Assembly: GCA_032718475.1 (NCBI GenBank)
Contig: JAUCBJ010003887.1
Location: 1-64,000, forward strand
Direction: 5' to 3'
Length of the DNA: 64,000 nt
Source: Nemertoderma westbladi
Lineage: Eukaryota; Animalia; Xenacoelomorpha
This document shows, in pieces, positions 34,401 through 45,624 of the stretch. Every line of letters begins with the position of its first letter. Positions within the stretch are counted from its first letter, which is position 1. The notes under the pieces were generated by a model. The model was given only the letters and a program-made list of their open reading frames with translations. It was not told where the DNA came from and made no database searches. Made by a program: the position numbers and the translations under genes.

Positions 34401-36983
34401 TCGTCGTAGTCGATGGTGAAGTCGACCGATTATTCGAATGAGAACCGTTGGTGCGTTAGCGTACTCGAGTTGTCCAATGGACCGCAAAGTCCCTATAGCG
34501 TTCTTGATTTCGTCCGCGAGTCGTAAAAGGTCGATCGGTTTCGAAATGTTGCCTCCTCTGCAGAGGTCTTCAATAATGGATTTAGCCATGGCGACGTTAC
34601 CTCCGTAAATCGAATATAAACGGTCGTACGCCAACTCAAAGGCATCGGGAACACCAATGAAGGTTTCCGCTAATCGTTTCGGCTCACCAGACAGAACTTG
34701 GAGCAAGTAATTAAACTTCTCCGTCGAGGTGAAAGCACACTTAGCGATCTGGGACTCTACATAGTCTACCAGTGTGCGCCAGTGTTTCGCGTTGCCAGAG
34801 AACTTCGGCGGTTGCTGTGCCGGTAATCCGTGTCTAGCCGCGAATTTCGCAATCTCGCTAACTAAGTCCAACTGTCCGCGTCCCTGTTCGGCGGCGTCGT
34901 CCAGTCGCTCCCTTCCGCGCGTTGTTCGTCGGTAAGAATTATTAATGGGATCTTCTTCTCGATGTGTCGGAGTCTGTCTAGTCTCCTGTTCTCTCCTTGG
35001 TGGTCGATATTGTCTAGGTTGTTCCAACTCCACGCTGGTTCGAGATCGATCCGACGGTTGCGCTTCGAGTCGTTCTTCGAGTTGAGCTATTCTGTCCGTC
35101 ATCTCGGTGAACTGTTTGGCGCTGATCGTTTCCGCTGGTTTCAACGTGGGTTTCTGTTGGGGTGTTTCTCGAGGTGGATTGTCGATGTATGGATTTGTCG
35201 ACATCTCCTCTCGTTTGTAATCCTCCGCCGCTCCAGTACGGAATATTTCCCGTTCCGTCGACTCCGAGTCACTAGATGAGTCGCTGTCGTCCGGATAAGG
35301 TGGCTGGCGGGTTCGTGTCCGGCGTATTATTCTTGGTCTCGTCCGTTGTGGTCAGGGATCTACGGCTCTCCGTTGTTCGGTAGGCTCGCAAGCCTTCCAC
35401 GAAGTCGTAGGTCTCGTTATACGTTGTCCGATCCCGTGGGTACTACCCACATCCATCCTCCTCCGTAGTTCGGTAGGCTCGCAAGCCTTCCACGAAGTCG
35501 TAGGTTGCGTCGAACATTGTGTCAACGGTCGAGTGAAATAGTCGGGTTTCGTAGTCGGTCTATAAATAACTGGATTCGCACAGCACGTCACAGGTTTAAC
35601 TTGTAATGGTTTACTCACCTGTTTAATGGTCATAAACGCAGGTTCCTCTCTTCCTACAAGTAGACTACGACTTACTGTAGGTGGGCTAGTTATGTTACCT
35701 GCTAAAATTGGCGATGAAGTCGCCCTAGGTTGCGGTATTTCCGTCACAACAAACCTGTTGCCTTGCGTCGAACGCACAGGCGTTATTTCCTTAGGTTTCG
35801 TAACAAAGACCGGTTTTATCGGAGTCGCGGGTTTGAGCATAGGAATAACTTGGGGAAAACGTTTACAGTAATCCTCGACGAACTCTTCTCCTCGCTCTAT
35901 CGCTCCCACACTTCCTTCCTCGATTCGCTTCTGTATTCCGCGATATCGAGCTTCCATACGATCCAGGGCAGACAAGTCGTGTCCAGCTCGCGTTCTTATA
36001 GATCTATCTCTCGCGTCGAGTTCAAGGTCCGCTTGCGCATTCGCTGCCTCGCGCGATCTACGATTAAATTTGAACTGTAGTTGCATCTCCCTTTCGCGTC
36101 GATCTGCTACTTGTTGTTGTGCCGCTAACTCCGCTTCCTGTATAGCTAAACGTGATTTTATTTGCCGTGCCTCCTACTGAGCGTCAGATGCCTCTTTCAG
36201 TCGTGTTAAGTCCTCCTCTAATCTTCTCAATTCGGCGCTTTCGACTTCGGCTTGCGCCTTGAGTTGCGCAATTTTCGTTTCGTCTTCTCTACGTTGTTTC
36301 TCTCCCTCGATAGCAATCTGTGCCATATGGTGTTGCGCTTCTTCCTCGGCGACTTGTTGTCTGCGTGCAACCTCCTGTTGTTGTCGAGTAATTACAGACG
36401 ATGTCCTACTAACGTCGCCAACGTCACTCCGCATGCTAACGAACGATCTATCCAGAGGTGGATGCTGGTAGGCTCGCGAGCCTTCCGTAGTGAGAACTTC
36501 CGTTATCCCTCGCGGTTCGACTTCCGGTTCGTCGATCGGTACGCCGCATCTACGAAGAAAATTGGTGAGCGTTTCCAACCTCCCGTCCAGGCAGTAGAGT
36601 TCTTCTTCCTCTTCGGGTTGTAACAACGCGTCCGAAACTGACTCACCTAGCAGTTGGTCGAACTGCTCCTGTTGAGCCAATCTTATCACCGACTTAAACT
36701 GGATAAGGCTTTCTCTCGCACTTACCAACTTGTCTATTATCTTTACCTGAGTAAAGTTATCGCCACGCAACTCTGCAAGTTCGTGTAAACCTTTAAGTTT
36801 ATCTACGGAGGCATGTACCCTACTTTCTATCCTTACCTGTAAGGTGTAGAACTCGTATCTCGACATCGGGGCGGTTAACTCGCGTAAAACGCGAAAACCT
36901 TCTCCAAGGTTCCGAGTAATCTGGGCCATGTGTCCTCCTATACTCCTAATAACGTTCTCCTGGCTTCCAGTCGAACTTACCAT
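28419..36983 (-). pseudogene. gag-pol polyprotein of B (~2850 codons, one frame, 5 premature stops)
   Basis: All six ORF pieces share one frame; knuckles CWRCMKPGHVRKDC, protease ILDSASS, RT FYVDD, RNase H LHSFSDAS and NPADIASRG, integrase H..H/CIIC, GIDCFGP, CDQGTNF, GGVWERL. Confidence 0.95.
30290..30700 (-). repeat. 12-bp coding tandem repeats (PDxS tetrapeptide) in the RNase H-integrase linker
   Basis: PDVS/PDCS/PDYS run in the 1121-aa ORF. Confidence 0.9.
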
Positions 36984-38003
36984 GTCCGGTTCCCTTACGT
37001 TATATACGTCAAGTACGGGTAATAAAATGTCAAAGTGTCTGAATGTTGAAGTGTCAAACTTACCTTGGTATATATAATATATATATACCCTAACCGGTAC
37101 AAATAAATCAACAAAGTCAGAATGTCGAAATGTCAAAATGTCAAAATGTACGAATGTCAAACTTACCTTGATATATATATATATCATATATATACCCTAA
37201 CCGGTACAAATAAACTAACAAAGTATACAATAAAATAAGTAATAATCTAGCCTACCGGCCAAATTTGTACGAATAAATGAGATAACGGTATACGTTACCA
37301 AAATATAGATCAACAAGTACAAATAATAGGCAAAACAGCAAAGTCTAACGGGAAAATAAGTACCAACAACACTACTAATAGACAGTGAAACCCACAAATT
37401 TTGAGTACTACTGTGCTTTCTTAAGTTTGAACGACGCGAGTCGTAAAACTTACGTTCCTTTGATCTTCCAGTCGTGCAAATTCCCAAATACAAACCGGAC
37501 GTGGGTCGTTCCGTTTTTCGGCGGCGCGGACGAATTTATTGTCTCCCAAACTTTGCGAAAAGCGGTCTAATCCTCGAAGCGGTCCAGAAATGAGTCCTTG
37601 AGTCCTGAAAAGATCGAAGGTGAGAGTTTTACTTCTACGCTACGAAAGGTCTTCCTAGGTACCGATACAAATTGGTCTTTAAACCCTATGTACCTTTTCA
37701 AGTACCGAAAGTAACACCGCACACACATGGCGTAAAACAAAATGCTACAAACTAACTATTAGCTAGTCAAATATTAAATACGAAAGTACTAGCTACCCTA
37801 AAAGCCTACTGAAGCAGGGGACGTTCTAAATTACTAAATTTACTAACCTTAAATTTTAAATATCTCCTACTTTCAATAGCTAACAGATCTAAATAATACT
37901 ATACACTAATTTCAGAATTTGTATAATAATACTTCTTACTGTTGTAGTGCGCACGCACTACAAAGCGTACAGATCTAAACAATACTATACACTAATTTAT
38001 ATA

Positions 38004-38014
38004 GTACTTCCTAC
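38004..38014 (-). promoter_or_regulatory. Non-tRNA primer-binding position of B (sense GTAGGAAGTAC)
   Basis: Abuts the 5' LTR end; no TGG; exact reverse complement of the sense LTR 11-mer at 39275-39285 and 22263-22273. Confidence 0.65.
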
Positions 38015-40323
38015 TGTAAGGTCCAGCAGTATACCGCTTACCAAATCCTAGTAACGATTGTATCTTACCGTAAGATCTAGTAATGTATACGGGCTCGTAC
38101 AGTATCTGACAACAAATCCCAGTCCAGGATATCTAAACAAACAGATACAATACACAAACGACTACTGGTGAGGAACAGAGCCTAGTGTCTATTCTATGTA
38201 CGTGAGCGGGTCTAATGCCTACGAACTAGACGAAAGGATACCTGTCCTCTAACCGGTGAGGCAGATGTACAGTTACAGTAACAGACCAAACTCACGGGAA
38301 AACAATCCCCGCGCAGCGAATCCTAACTATCGCTGACAGTCCTAAATACCGTAACTTGCCGCGGTGTAATTTATATGGTTTATATACGAGCTAGTGGGTT
38401 AACAGACCTAGCGTAACAATGCTGATTCATGTCCTAAATCAGTCGAAAAGGGGTCGTGCCTAATGTAACAATAACTGATCCCCCTGTACGAAATCAGTCT
38501 AAAAGGTCAGGCCTAAATGTAACAATACTGCTGAACAGGAAGCAACAGTTTAATAACGAAATGAAATACTCTCTCTTGCCGTAACTAAATATCAGATCCT
38601 AATTTACAAATGCAGATAATTTCTACCTAAAATAATGTATAGTGCGCTATAGCTAGTAGAACTCTAAGGGCGAATATGTTTTAGGGCGTGTGTGTGTGGG
38701 TGTGTTACAAATAAAACAATTTTATGTATCTCTTTTACTAGGTTTTAGTGATTTTCTGACCGAAATGATACCGTGCGCTAGCTACTAAAATAAACTAGTC
38801 GCGTTTTGTAGAACTTTATACTCACAAATGACGTCAAAGCTCTCTCCTTCCTATCCACAACTCAATGGGCAACCACGGTGTTAGTAACTACACCCGTGAT
38901 CGGCACTAATACCAGATTCTGGTTGTAAGATAAGAAATAGGGGTTAATCGCTACCGTACGTTAGCTGATCTGGTATACTAATTTAATTCTAGAACTTTGT
39001 TGCCGCGGTAGTTAGCAGCAATACCTATCAGTACGTAGCAAGGCGCGGTAGGATATTAATAAAACCTCCCTAGGCCAAGCAGTGTGCCGGTAGCAGAAAT
39101 GCTCCTTGCCTGATCAAATAGCTAACTCCAGACAGGGGGGGGGGGGGGTACTAATGTACGTTCTACAAAGCGAACCGGTACCAAACAGTCCGTACTACGA
39201 ATCACTAAATTATGGAACATATGCTGTCCGTACCTATGTACTCGCGTACTGACGAATGGCAATAGTTCGCACCTGTAGGAAGTACAGGTTAACCCAGGGG
39301 TTCGCAGGACATAACAAAGGGGGGGGTTCCTGTCTAAATATAATTATTTGATCCTAAATTTGCGGCGTCCAGGACGGCGTCACGCTTACCCTGATCTATA
39401 GGTCTTACGGCGGGCAAGGGCGTCGAACAAAGTCTTACCTTTCTCACAAAGCGGGCGCTGCATGGCAAGTGGAGTATTTCGAAGGGCAAAGGGGGTGCGC
39501 GGTCAAATCCAATGTGGGCGCTAGCGTGTTGTGGACATCTTTCCCCTGCGTTGCTGATGGCCTAACGGTCTAGGCTGCCATCTTCCCGATGTTTGGCTGT
39601 CCCAAAGTTGGACCAAAAGAAAACATGTTCAGGAATTTGCAGTATATTTACAGTTTTAGCAAAGGATTTATCAAACAGATTTAACAAAGTTTCAACAAGA
39701 AACCAAATAAACTAATAACAATTTACTAAATATACTAGCGAAGTATAAGGTATTAGGTATTAGAGAGGGGTGTTAAGAAGGTGATAACCGAAGGCAAACC
39801 GGCCTTTTATACTAAATATCGCACATGGAAAACAAACAGAATTTTCCACAGCTTCACATTTGAGCAATAAAGTGCTTTATGCCCTATGATTGGCCCAGCT
39901 CATCGTTCAACGCAATCCGGCCCTTACACTAATCTGGGACATGGAATCCTAACAGAATTTTCCATAGCCTCACATTTGAGCAATAAGATATTTTATGCCC
40001 CATGATTGGCCTGGCTCATCGTTCGCTACGTTGTACGCTTCTCATTGGTCCACCAATTTGCACCAAATGAAAATAAATGGCCCCAAAATACAAATTTCCC
40101 GACCGGGATTCGAACTCGTAACCTATCTGTAATGTAACCAACGCATCTGTTCCACTACGCTCTATCTGACCACTACGCCACGAGAGTACCTAGGGGATTT
40201 ATGTGTACAAATATGAATAGGTATATTACATTACTGTAACTTAATCAAAATGCGTCGGATTTTCGAAAGTTTTTACGTTAAAGTTAAACTACAAATGCTA
40301 TCTTATAGTGAAATAATTCATCA
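38015..40323 (-). repeat. 5' LTR of B (2309 bp)
   Basis: Matches 20998-23304; followed by TSD GTCTG. Confidence 0.95.
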
Positions 40324-42883
40324 GTCTGACTTAGAGTGGGACGAGCCAATATCCGCTATACATGCAAAGCAGTGGAGAGAGTGGGAAGCCGAGTTGCATC
40401 TATTGAAAAATATAGATGTACCCCACTCCTACTTTCCGAATCAGCTGGTATTCCCAGCTGATCTACAACTGCATTTATTTAGTGACGCAAGTGATACCGG
40501 CTTTGGTATGGTAGCCTACCTTTGCCGAGAGGTAAGTCAGGATAAGTTTGAGACGGCCTTTGTGACTTCTAGATCAAAGACAATGCCGGTCAAATACATG
40601 ACTGTCCCTTGTGCTAGTACCTTGTGCGGTAGTATCGGTTGAGGTGAGTAAGCAGATAATAGAGGAGTTAGACACGACCTTGACATTATTCTATTGGACG
40701 GACGCATCCTTAGTGTTAGTGTATATTGCAGCTGACAATATTGCACTAAAGATATTTGTAGCCAACAGACGCGCTCAGATCGTTGAGTTTTCAATGAAGG
40801 AACAATGGAGACATTGTCGGGGAGTGTTAAACCCGGCTGACATAATTTCGAGAGGTGCTATGCCGGCGGAACTCTGTCAAGAAGAATCCCAGGAGTTTTG
40901 GTTACATGGACCGGATTTTCTAACAAGGACACAGGGACATTGGCCAGAGCGACTGAAGATCGTTACCAATCCGATGCCGATAGATGCAGAGGTCAAAGTG
41001 GAGAAAGTTTCCAAGTCTAAGTCGAAAGCCAAACTCGAGTCATTGGAGCGGCCTGAAGAGTCATTGGAGCAGCCTGAAGAGTCATTGGAGTGGCCTGAAG
41101 AGTCATTGGAGCGGCATGGAGACCTGTCAGACCAAGAGACTTATGTGACTACAAGGTCCGGAAGAGTAAGTTATGACATAAAACCATCCTTACAGACTAC
41201 ACAAGGGTCACAATTAGTAAGTGACGGACAGAAAATGACCAACAAGATGGAACCTTCGGTTTCCAAACCTGCGGGTTTGGATTCGAAACTTCCATTGGCT
41301 AGTGGGCAACTGTCGCTGGCGTTAGAGCCACGTAGTATTTATGACAAATTACTAAATTCGTCCGCCTCTTGGCTGACAATTTGTAAAAGAACCGCGTGGT
41401 TAAGCCAATATGTTTCTTTCCTTTGTTTGAAACGTACAAAGCATTTAGGAGAACAAATGAGCACTAATAGTGAGCGGATTCAGAAATTGAAACAACCTCT
41501 TACAGAGGATGAGATTGATCAAGCGGAATTAAAGCATTTGAGACATTATCAAATGTGTGCCTTCCCAAAGGAATTCTATCTGTTATTGGTTCAACGACCA
41601 GTTCTCTATAAACCCCTCAAAAAATGGAGTCCATTGATACATAAGGGTTTGATTTTTCATAGATCAAGAATCCAGACTGTTGACATCACCCAATAGAATT
41701 ACAAAGAGCGATTCTGTGGGATATACATAAGAGGCTACATCACGCGGGAAGGTTACACTGTTTCTCGGCAGCGAGACAGTGATTCATTCTGTTGCAGTCA
41801 AGCAGGGCAGTAGGTATCATGTACAACGCCTGTCTGGTTTGCAAGAGAGTGTACGCCAGAGTATTGGAACAGGAGATGGCTGAACTCCCGGAAGCAAGAG
41901 TGCAGGCATATGACCTACCCTTCATAAATACAGGAGTGGACTGTTTTGGCCCGATTGAGGCAACGAGTGGACGGCTGATGCACAAGAGATGGGGCCTGCT
42001 ACTGATATGTATGGCAAGTAGAGCCGTACACATAGAGCGTGTGGCAGACATGTCGACCAAATCTCTGTTCCTGGCCTTAAAGAGATTTATGGCCAGGAGA
42101 GTACTAGTAAAGGCGTTCTTCTCCGACAAGGGTACAAACTTTGTCAGAGGGGATAGTGAGTTGAAGCGGCTCACGGCGCAGAACAAAGAAATCTCTGCAG
42201 CACTTTTGCCGCAAAGAGTCGAGTGGAGGTTTAATACCCCAGAAAGTCCCTGGAGAGGAGGAAGTTAGGAGCATCTGGTTCGCTCCATAAAACAGGCCAT
42301 AGCAAAAACATTGCCTGTAAATAAACAACTAACGGACGACGAGTTGGTAACAGCTTTCATCAAAATCAAGCATACTTTAAACTCGAGGCCGATAGCTATG
42401 TTGCCCGACGGTGTTGCATTAACACCAAATCACCTGCTTATGCAGAGTCCAGCATTTCTTGTGCCGGCATCAGAACCCATTAGTTCCGACCTATATTGTC
42501 GAAAAAGCTGGAAAATTACCCAGTTTATAGCGTACACATTCTGGGAATATTGGCGGGAATATTACCTTCCCACAATATCCACCAGAGCTAAGTGGTACAA
42601 AACAGTCCGGAGCCTCCAAAGAGGAGACTACGTATTAATAACCGAACCAGTGATAAAGAGAAAATACTGGGAAACCGGCGTAATCTTGCACGTACACCCG
42701 GATGTACAAAATATAGTATGCACCATCACTGTAAAAATAAGGTACAAGTGTCCGAACAAAAAGAAGTGTAAAACTAAGGGTTTTCACACTTTGGACAGGC
42801 CAGTCCAGGATATTGTGTTACGAGAAGAAACACGCATCGAGACAGGAGACTATAATTTGTCTTCTGCCTCAAAACAAAATTAG
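40324..42883 (+). pseudogene. RNase H and integrase of element A
   Basis: LHLFSDAS, WRHCRGVLNPADIISRG, CLVC, GVDCFGP, SDKGTNF, PWRGG; several frameshifts and stops; 21-bp ESLERPE repeats at ~41037-41113. Confidence 0.9.
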
Positions 42884-43720
42884 TGTCAGAACGCAAATTC
42901 ACTTTGTGTGCATTCCTCGTATGCAAATACTCGGAAATACATAGGAGCGGATTTGAGGTGAAATGCGTTGATAATTTGTCTGGTGGGTATCTAAACAAAA
43001 TTAAATTTTTTCATAAAGTTTGGAAAATTCAAATTTAAAAAAATAAAAGTTGAACCCAAGACAATTCCAATGCTAAATATAGACGCGTTCGAGAACCTAT
43101 CTATAAGTACAGTAATTTGAAAGTCGTGAGAGCCTGGAAAATAGTACCTAGACACCATGGTTATGGCTATATTATGTAGGAGTGTAAATTGAGTTCAGTA
43201 ACTTCCACAGATTGGTGCCAACAGTACTACAACCAAGGTGCTAAAGGTTAGTAGCCCCAGAGGCGTACACAGACCCCACTCAGTAGTTTGTAGTGGAGAG
43301 AGGTGTTCGATTATCAAACCTGCAGGTTTGGTATAGTCGAGCGCCCTAGTTAATGTCCTTTCTAACCACTGTAGTCTAGTACAAGTATTGGGGAGTAGTT
43401 TGGGCATCAAAAAGTGAATCGGCCACGGCCAGTTTATCTCCAAAGTTTTTGCGCTATGCATGGGAATAAGTTAGAAGGTAGTTAAGAATGAGACGGGATC
43501 TAGAAAGCCGAACCTGAACTTCTGGAAGGCGGGCTTGGTAGCTCGGGATGTCTATCCCTCCGTACTATCTAACTGATCCACCCACAGTATAATTAGCTTA
43601 CGTCATAGACCATTTGGAATATATATACATATAATACACGCAAATGAAGAAGGACGTCTGTCCATCCGTCTGTATTCAAGTGGGTGCGCCTTGGGGAGGA
43701 ACCCAGACGGATGAAAGCGG

Positions 43721-44376
43721 ATGGAGCTAAATGGGAAATATAAACCCACTTACGACAAGGAATTGAGGAGAGAAAGATGGCGAGCATTTGGAGATCGTAT
43801 GGAGGTGTTACGACGGGAATACCGGACTCGATATCCCTACGACTTCGCCCTCGACGTGTGCGATATCAGCACCGACCCTGAAGAGGAAATAGCGCGCTTG
43901 TATCATATGAATATGTATTTGTCGCACGATGAACCTCTACCTGCCGTCCGAGATCAGTTCGAAGGGATGCATCTTTACCGGAGGACCCGAGGCAGGGACG
44001 AGGAGACACCGAAGGTTTTCAGCATATATAAGTTGTTCTACAAATGCAGCGAGTGCATGAATAAACAAGACGTAGCATCCCCAACCGACTGAACAAGTTG
44101 AACCCCAAACCGATATTAACGCGGTGCCAAGCTCATCAGTTTCTTATAAATAACGAGGGAGGTTACCCGATGAATAATCCTATGATCAGCATTGACTTTA
44201 GCGGAAAGCGACCTCCGAGACCTATTATGTCGACCGTTATGACATTGGACCTGTATATGGAGATTAAACCCTGTTCTACACCCGCTTTGACAGAAACGGT
44301 GGCGGCCATTTTGCTTTACCGAGCCTTTTGCCTCACCGGGAGAGGAAGCTCACGCCTGAGTATCCAGATGAGGTAA
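43721..44376 (+). pseudogene. Accessory ORF of A (N-terminal domain homologue; no exonuclease recognisable downstream)
   Basis: Homologous to 27045-27668 and to the start of 25747-27024 (LLYRAF vs SLYRAY). Confidence 0.8.
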
Positions 44377-45324
44377 AAATACGACACGAAAAGACAACGC
44401 AAGCTGTTCCGACATCCAATAGAATCGCGCCATCCATCCGTCTACTAACTATACCCACGATCCGCGATTTATACAATATTTTTCTCCAAATTGTTTTGGG
44501 AAGTTTCGACGCACGCTTTATTAATTCCAAATATGTCCAATCCTTTATATATCATCGTTGCTCTGATATATACATCTTGATTTATTGCCCAGCGCACAAT
44601 TGGCGGCCTAAGGAGACTCGTTTGGGGTCATTGACCACTGAACGGGTGGAGGAGCAACAGACCACTGCGCCCACAGAAATAACAGCCAGAGCCCATAGCT
44701 TGCGGCAAGGACCAGAAGGATTAGTGCTTGGCAAGCGTCAAGCCAAGGACGAGCAGTTTCATGCCATGCGCAACGCGTGCAACGTAAGGCAAAAGGTGCA
44801 TCCTAAAGGGCGCGAGTGCAGTTGCTGAAAAAGGAGTTGGCGGGGGCGCCTGCAGGGACACGGCATCTGGGACGAGGCCGAGGGAGGAGTACCAGCCGGG
44901 AGATAGTTGGGGCCCAGGGAACGTCGTCGCCGGTTCCGGGAAGTGACGCCTCATGGACGCCGTCAACAGACTGGTGTATCTGGGGAGGGGACGGAAGAGA
45001 GGAGCGAGCCCGAGAGACCCAGGAGCTAGCCAATGGGCGATAATATTACGGAGCAACAGACTCTAGACATATACATCATCGTCGCTCTGATGTATATCGT
45101 AGGTTTTGATAAAAACATTCGACTGGACTTGTATACACTAGTCATATCCATATTTTAGAATTTTGTAAGTAGTGTATATTATATTAAGATATAATATTAA
45201 TAGCGAGAGGCGAAGGAGGTGACTAGGAAGACAAACCCGCTGGTTTGGCTTACCCCTTTCACCTGCCCTATCCAGGGCGTTTTATATTATTTAAGTAGAC
45301 CGTCAAATTGAAAATAAATAAAGG

Positions 45325-45480
45325 AAGCAATATTTTTGTAATTTAATTTGTATGTAGTAATCATTATGCAGTAACGGAAGTAATATTTTTGTAGATTTAA
45401 TTTGTATGTAGTAATCATTATGCAGTAAAGAAAGCAATATTTTTGTAAATTTAATTTGTATGTAAAAATCACTATGCAAT
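45325..45480. repeat. ~59-bp AT-rich tandem repeat, ~2.7 copies
   Basis: gcaatatttttgta..tttaatttgtatgtagtaatcattatgcag units. Confidence 0.85.
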
Positions 45481-45624
45481 ATCAATGGCAATATTTGTAC
45501 ATATTAGAATTATTATAGAACTGAGTTATTAGATTATTTGAAAGTAAATTTTATTTTGTTTATTCACATCGCCCTATATTCTTCTACAATTGGAGGGAAA
45601 CATTGCTTGTTTCGCTTGGAGCGG

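Larger units (their letters stand above)
23786..36486 (-). repeat. Dispersed 20-nt hairpin motif, 12 copies (sense GGAAGGCTTGCGAGCCTACC)
   Basis: Plus-strand starts 23786, 23909, 25360, 26900, 28045, 29986, 32689, 32767, 32845, 35379, 35472, 36467. Confidence 0.95.
20998..40323 (-). mobile_element. Full-length BEL/Pao element B (19,326 bp) with accessory exonuclease/zinc-knuckle gene
   Basis: Two ~2.3-kb LTRs with TG..CA ends; TSD GTCTG at 20993-20997 and 40324-40328; gag-PR-RT-RH-IN in one frame; extra sense ORFs downstream of pol. Confidence 0.95.

Noticed and set aside
28741-36623. Many plus-strand ORFs overlapping B gag-pol, and similar antisense ORFs over A, C and D
   Set aside because: Shadow ORFs opposite real coding frames, with no recognisable motifs
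28419-36983. Alternative genetic code explaining the in-frame stops
   Set aside because: All three stop types occur sporadically, conserved Trp positions are translated normally, and long ORFs elsewhere are stop-free; decay is the simpler explanation
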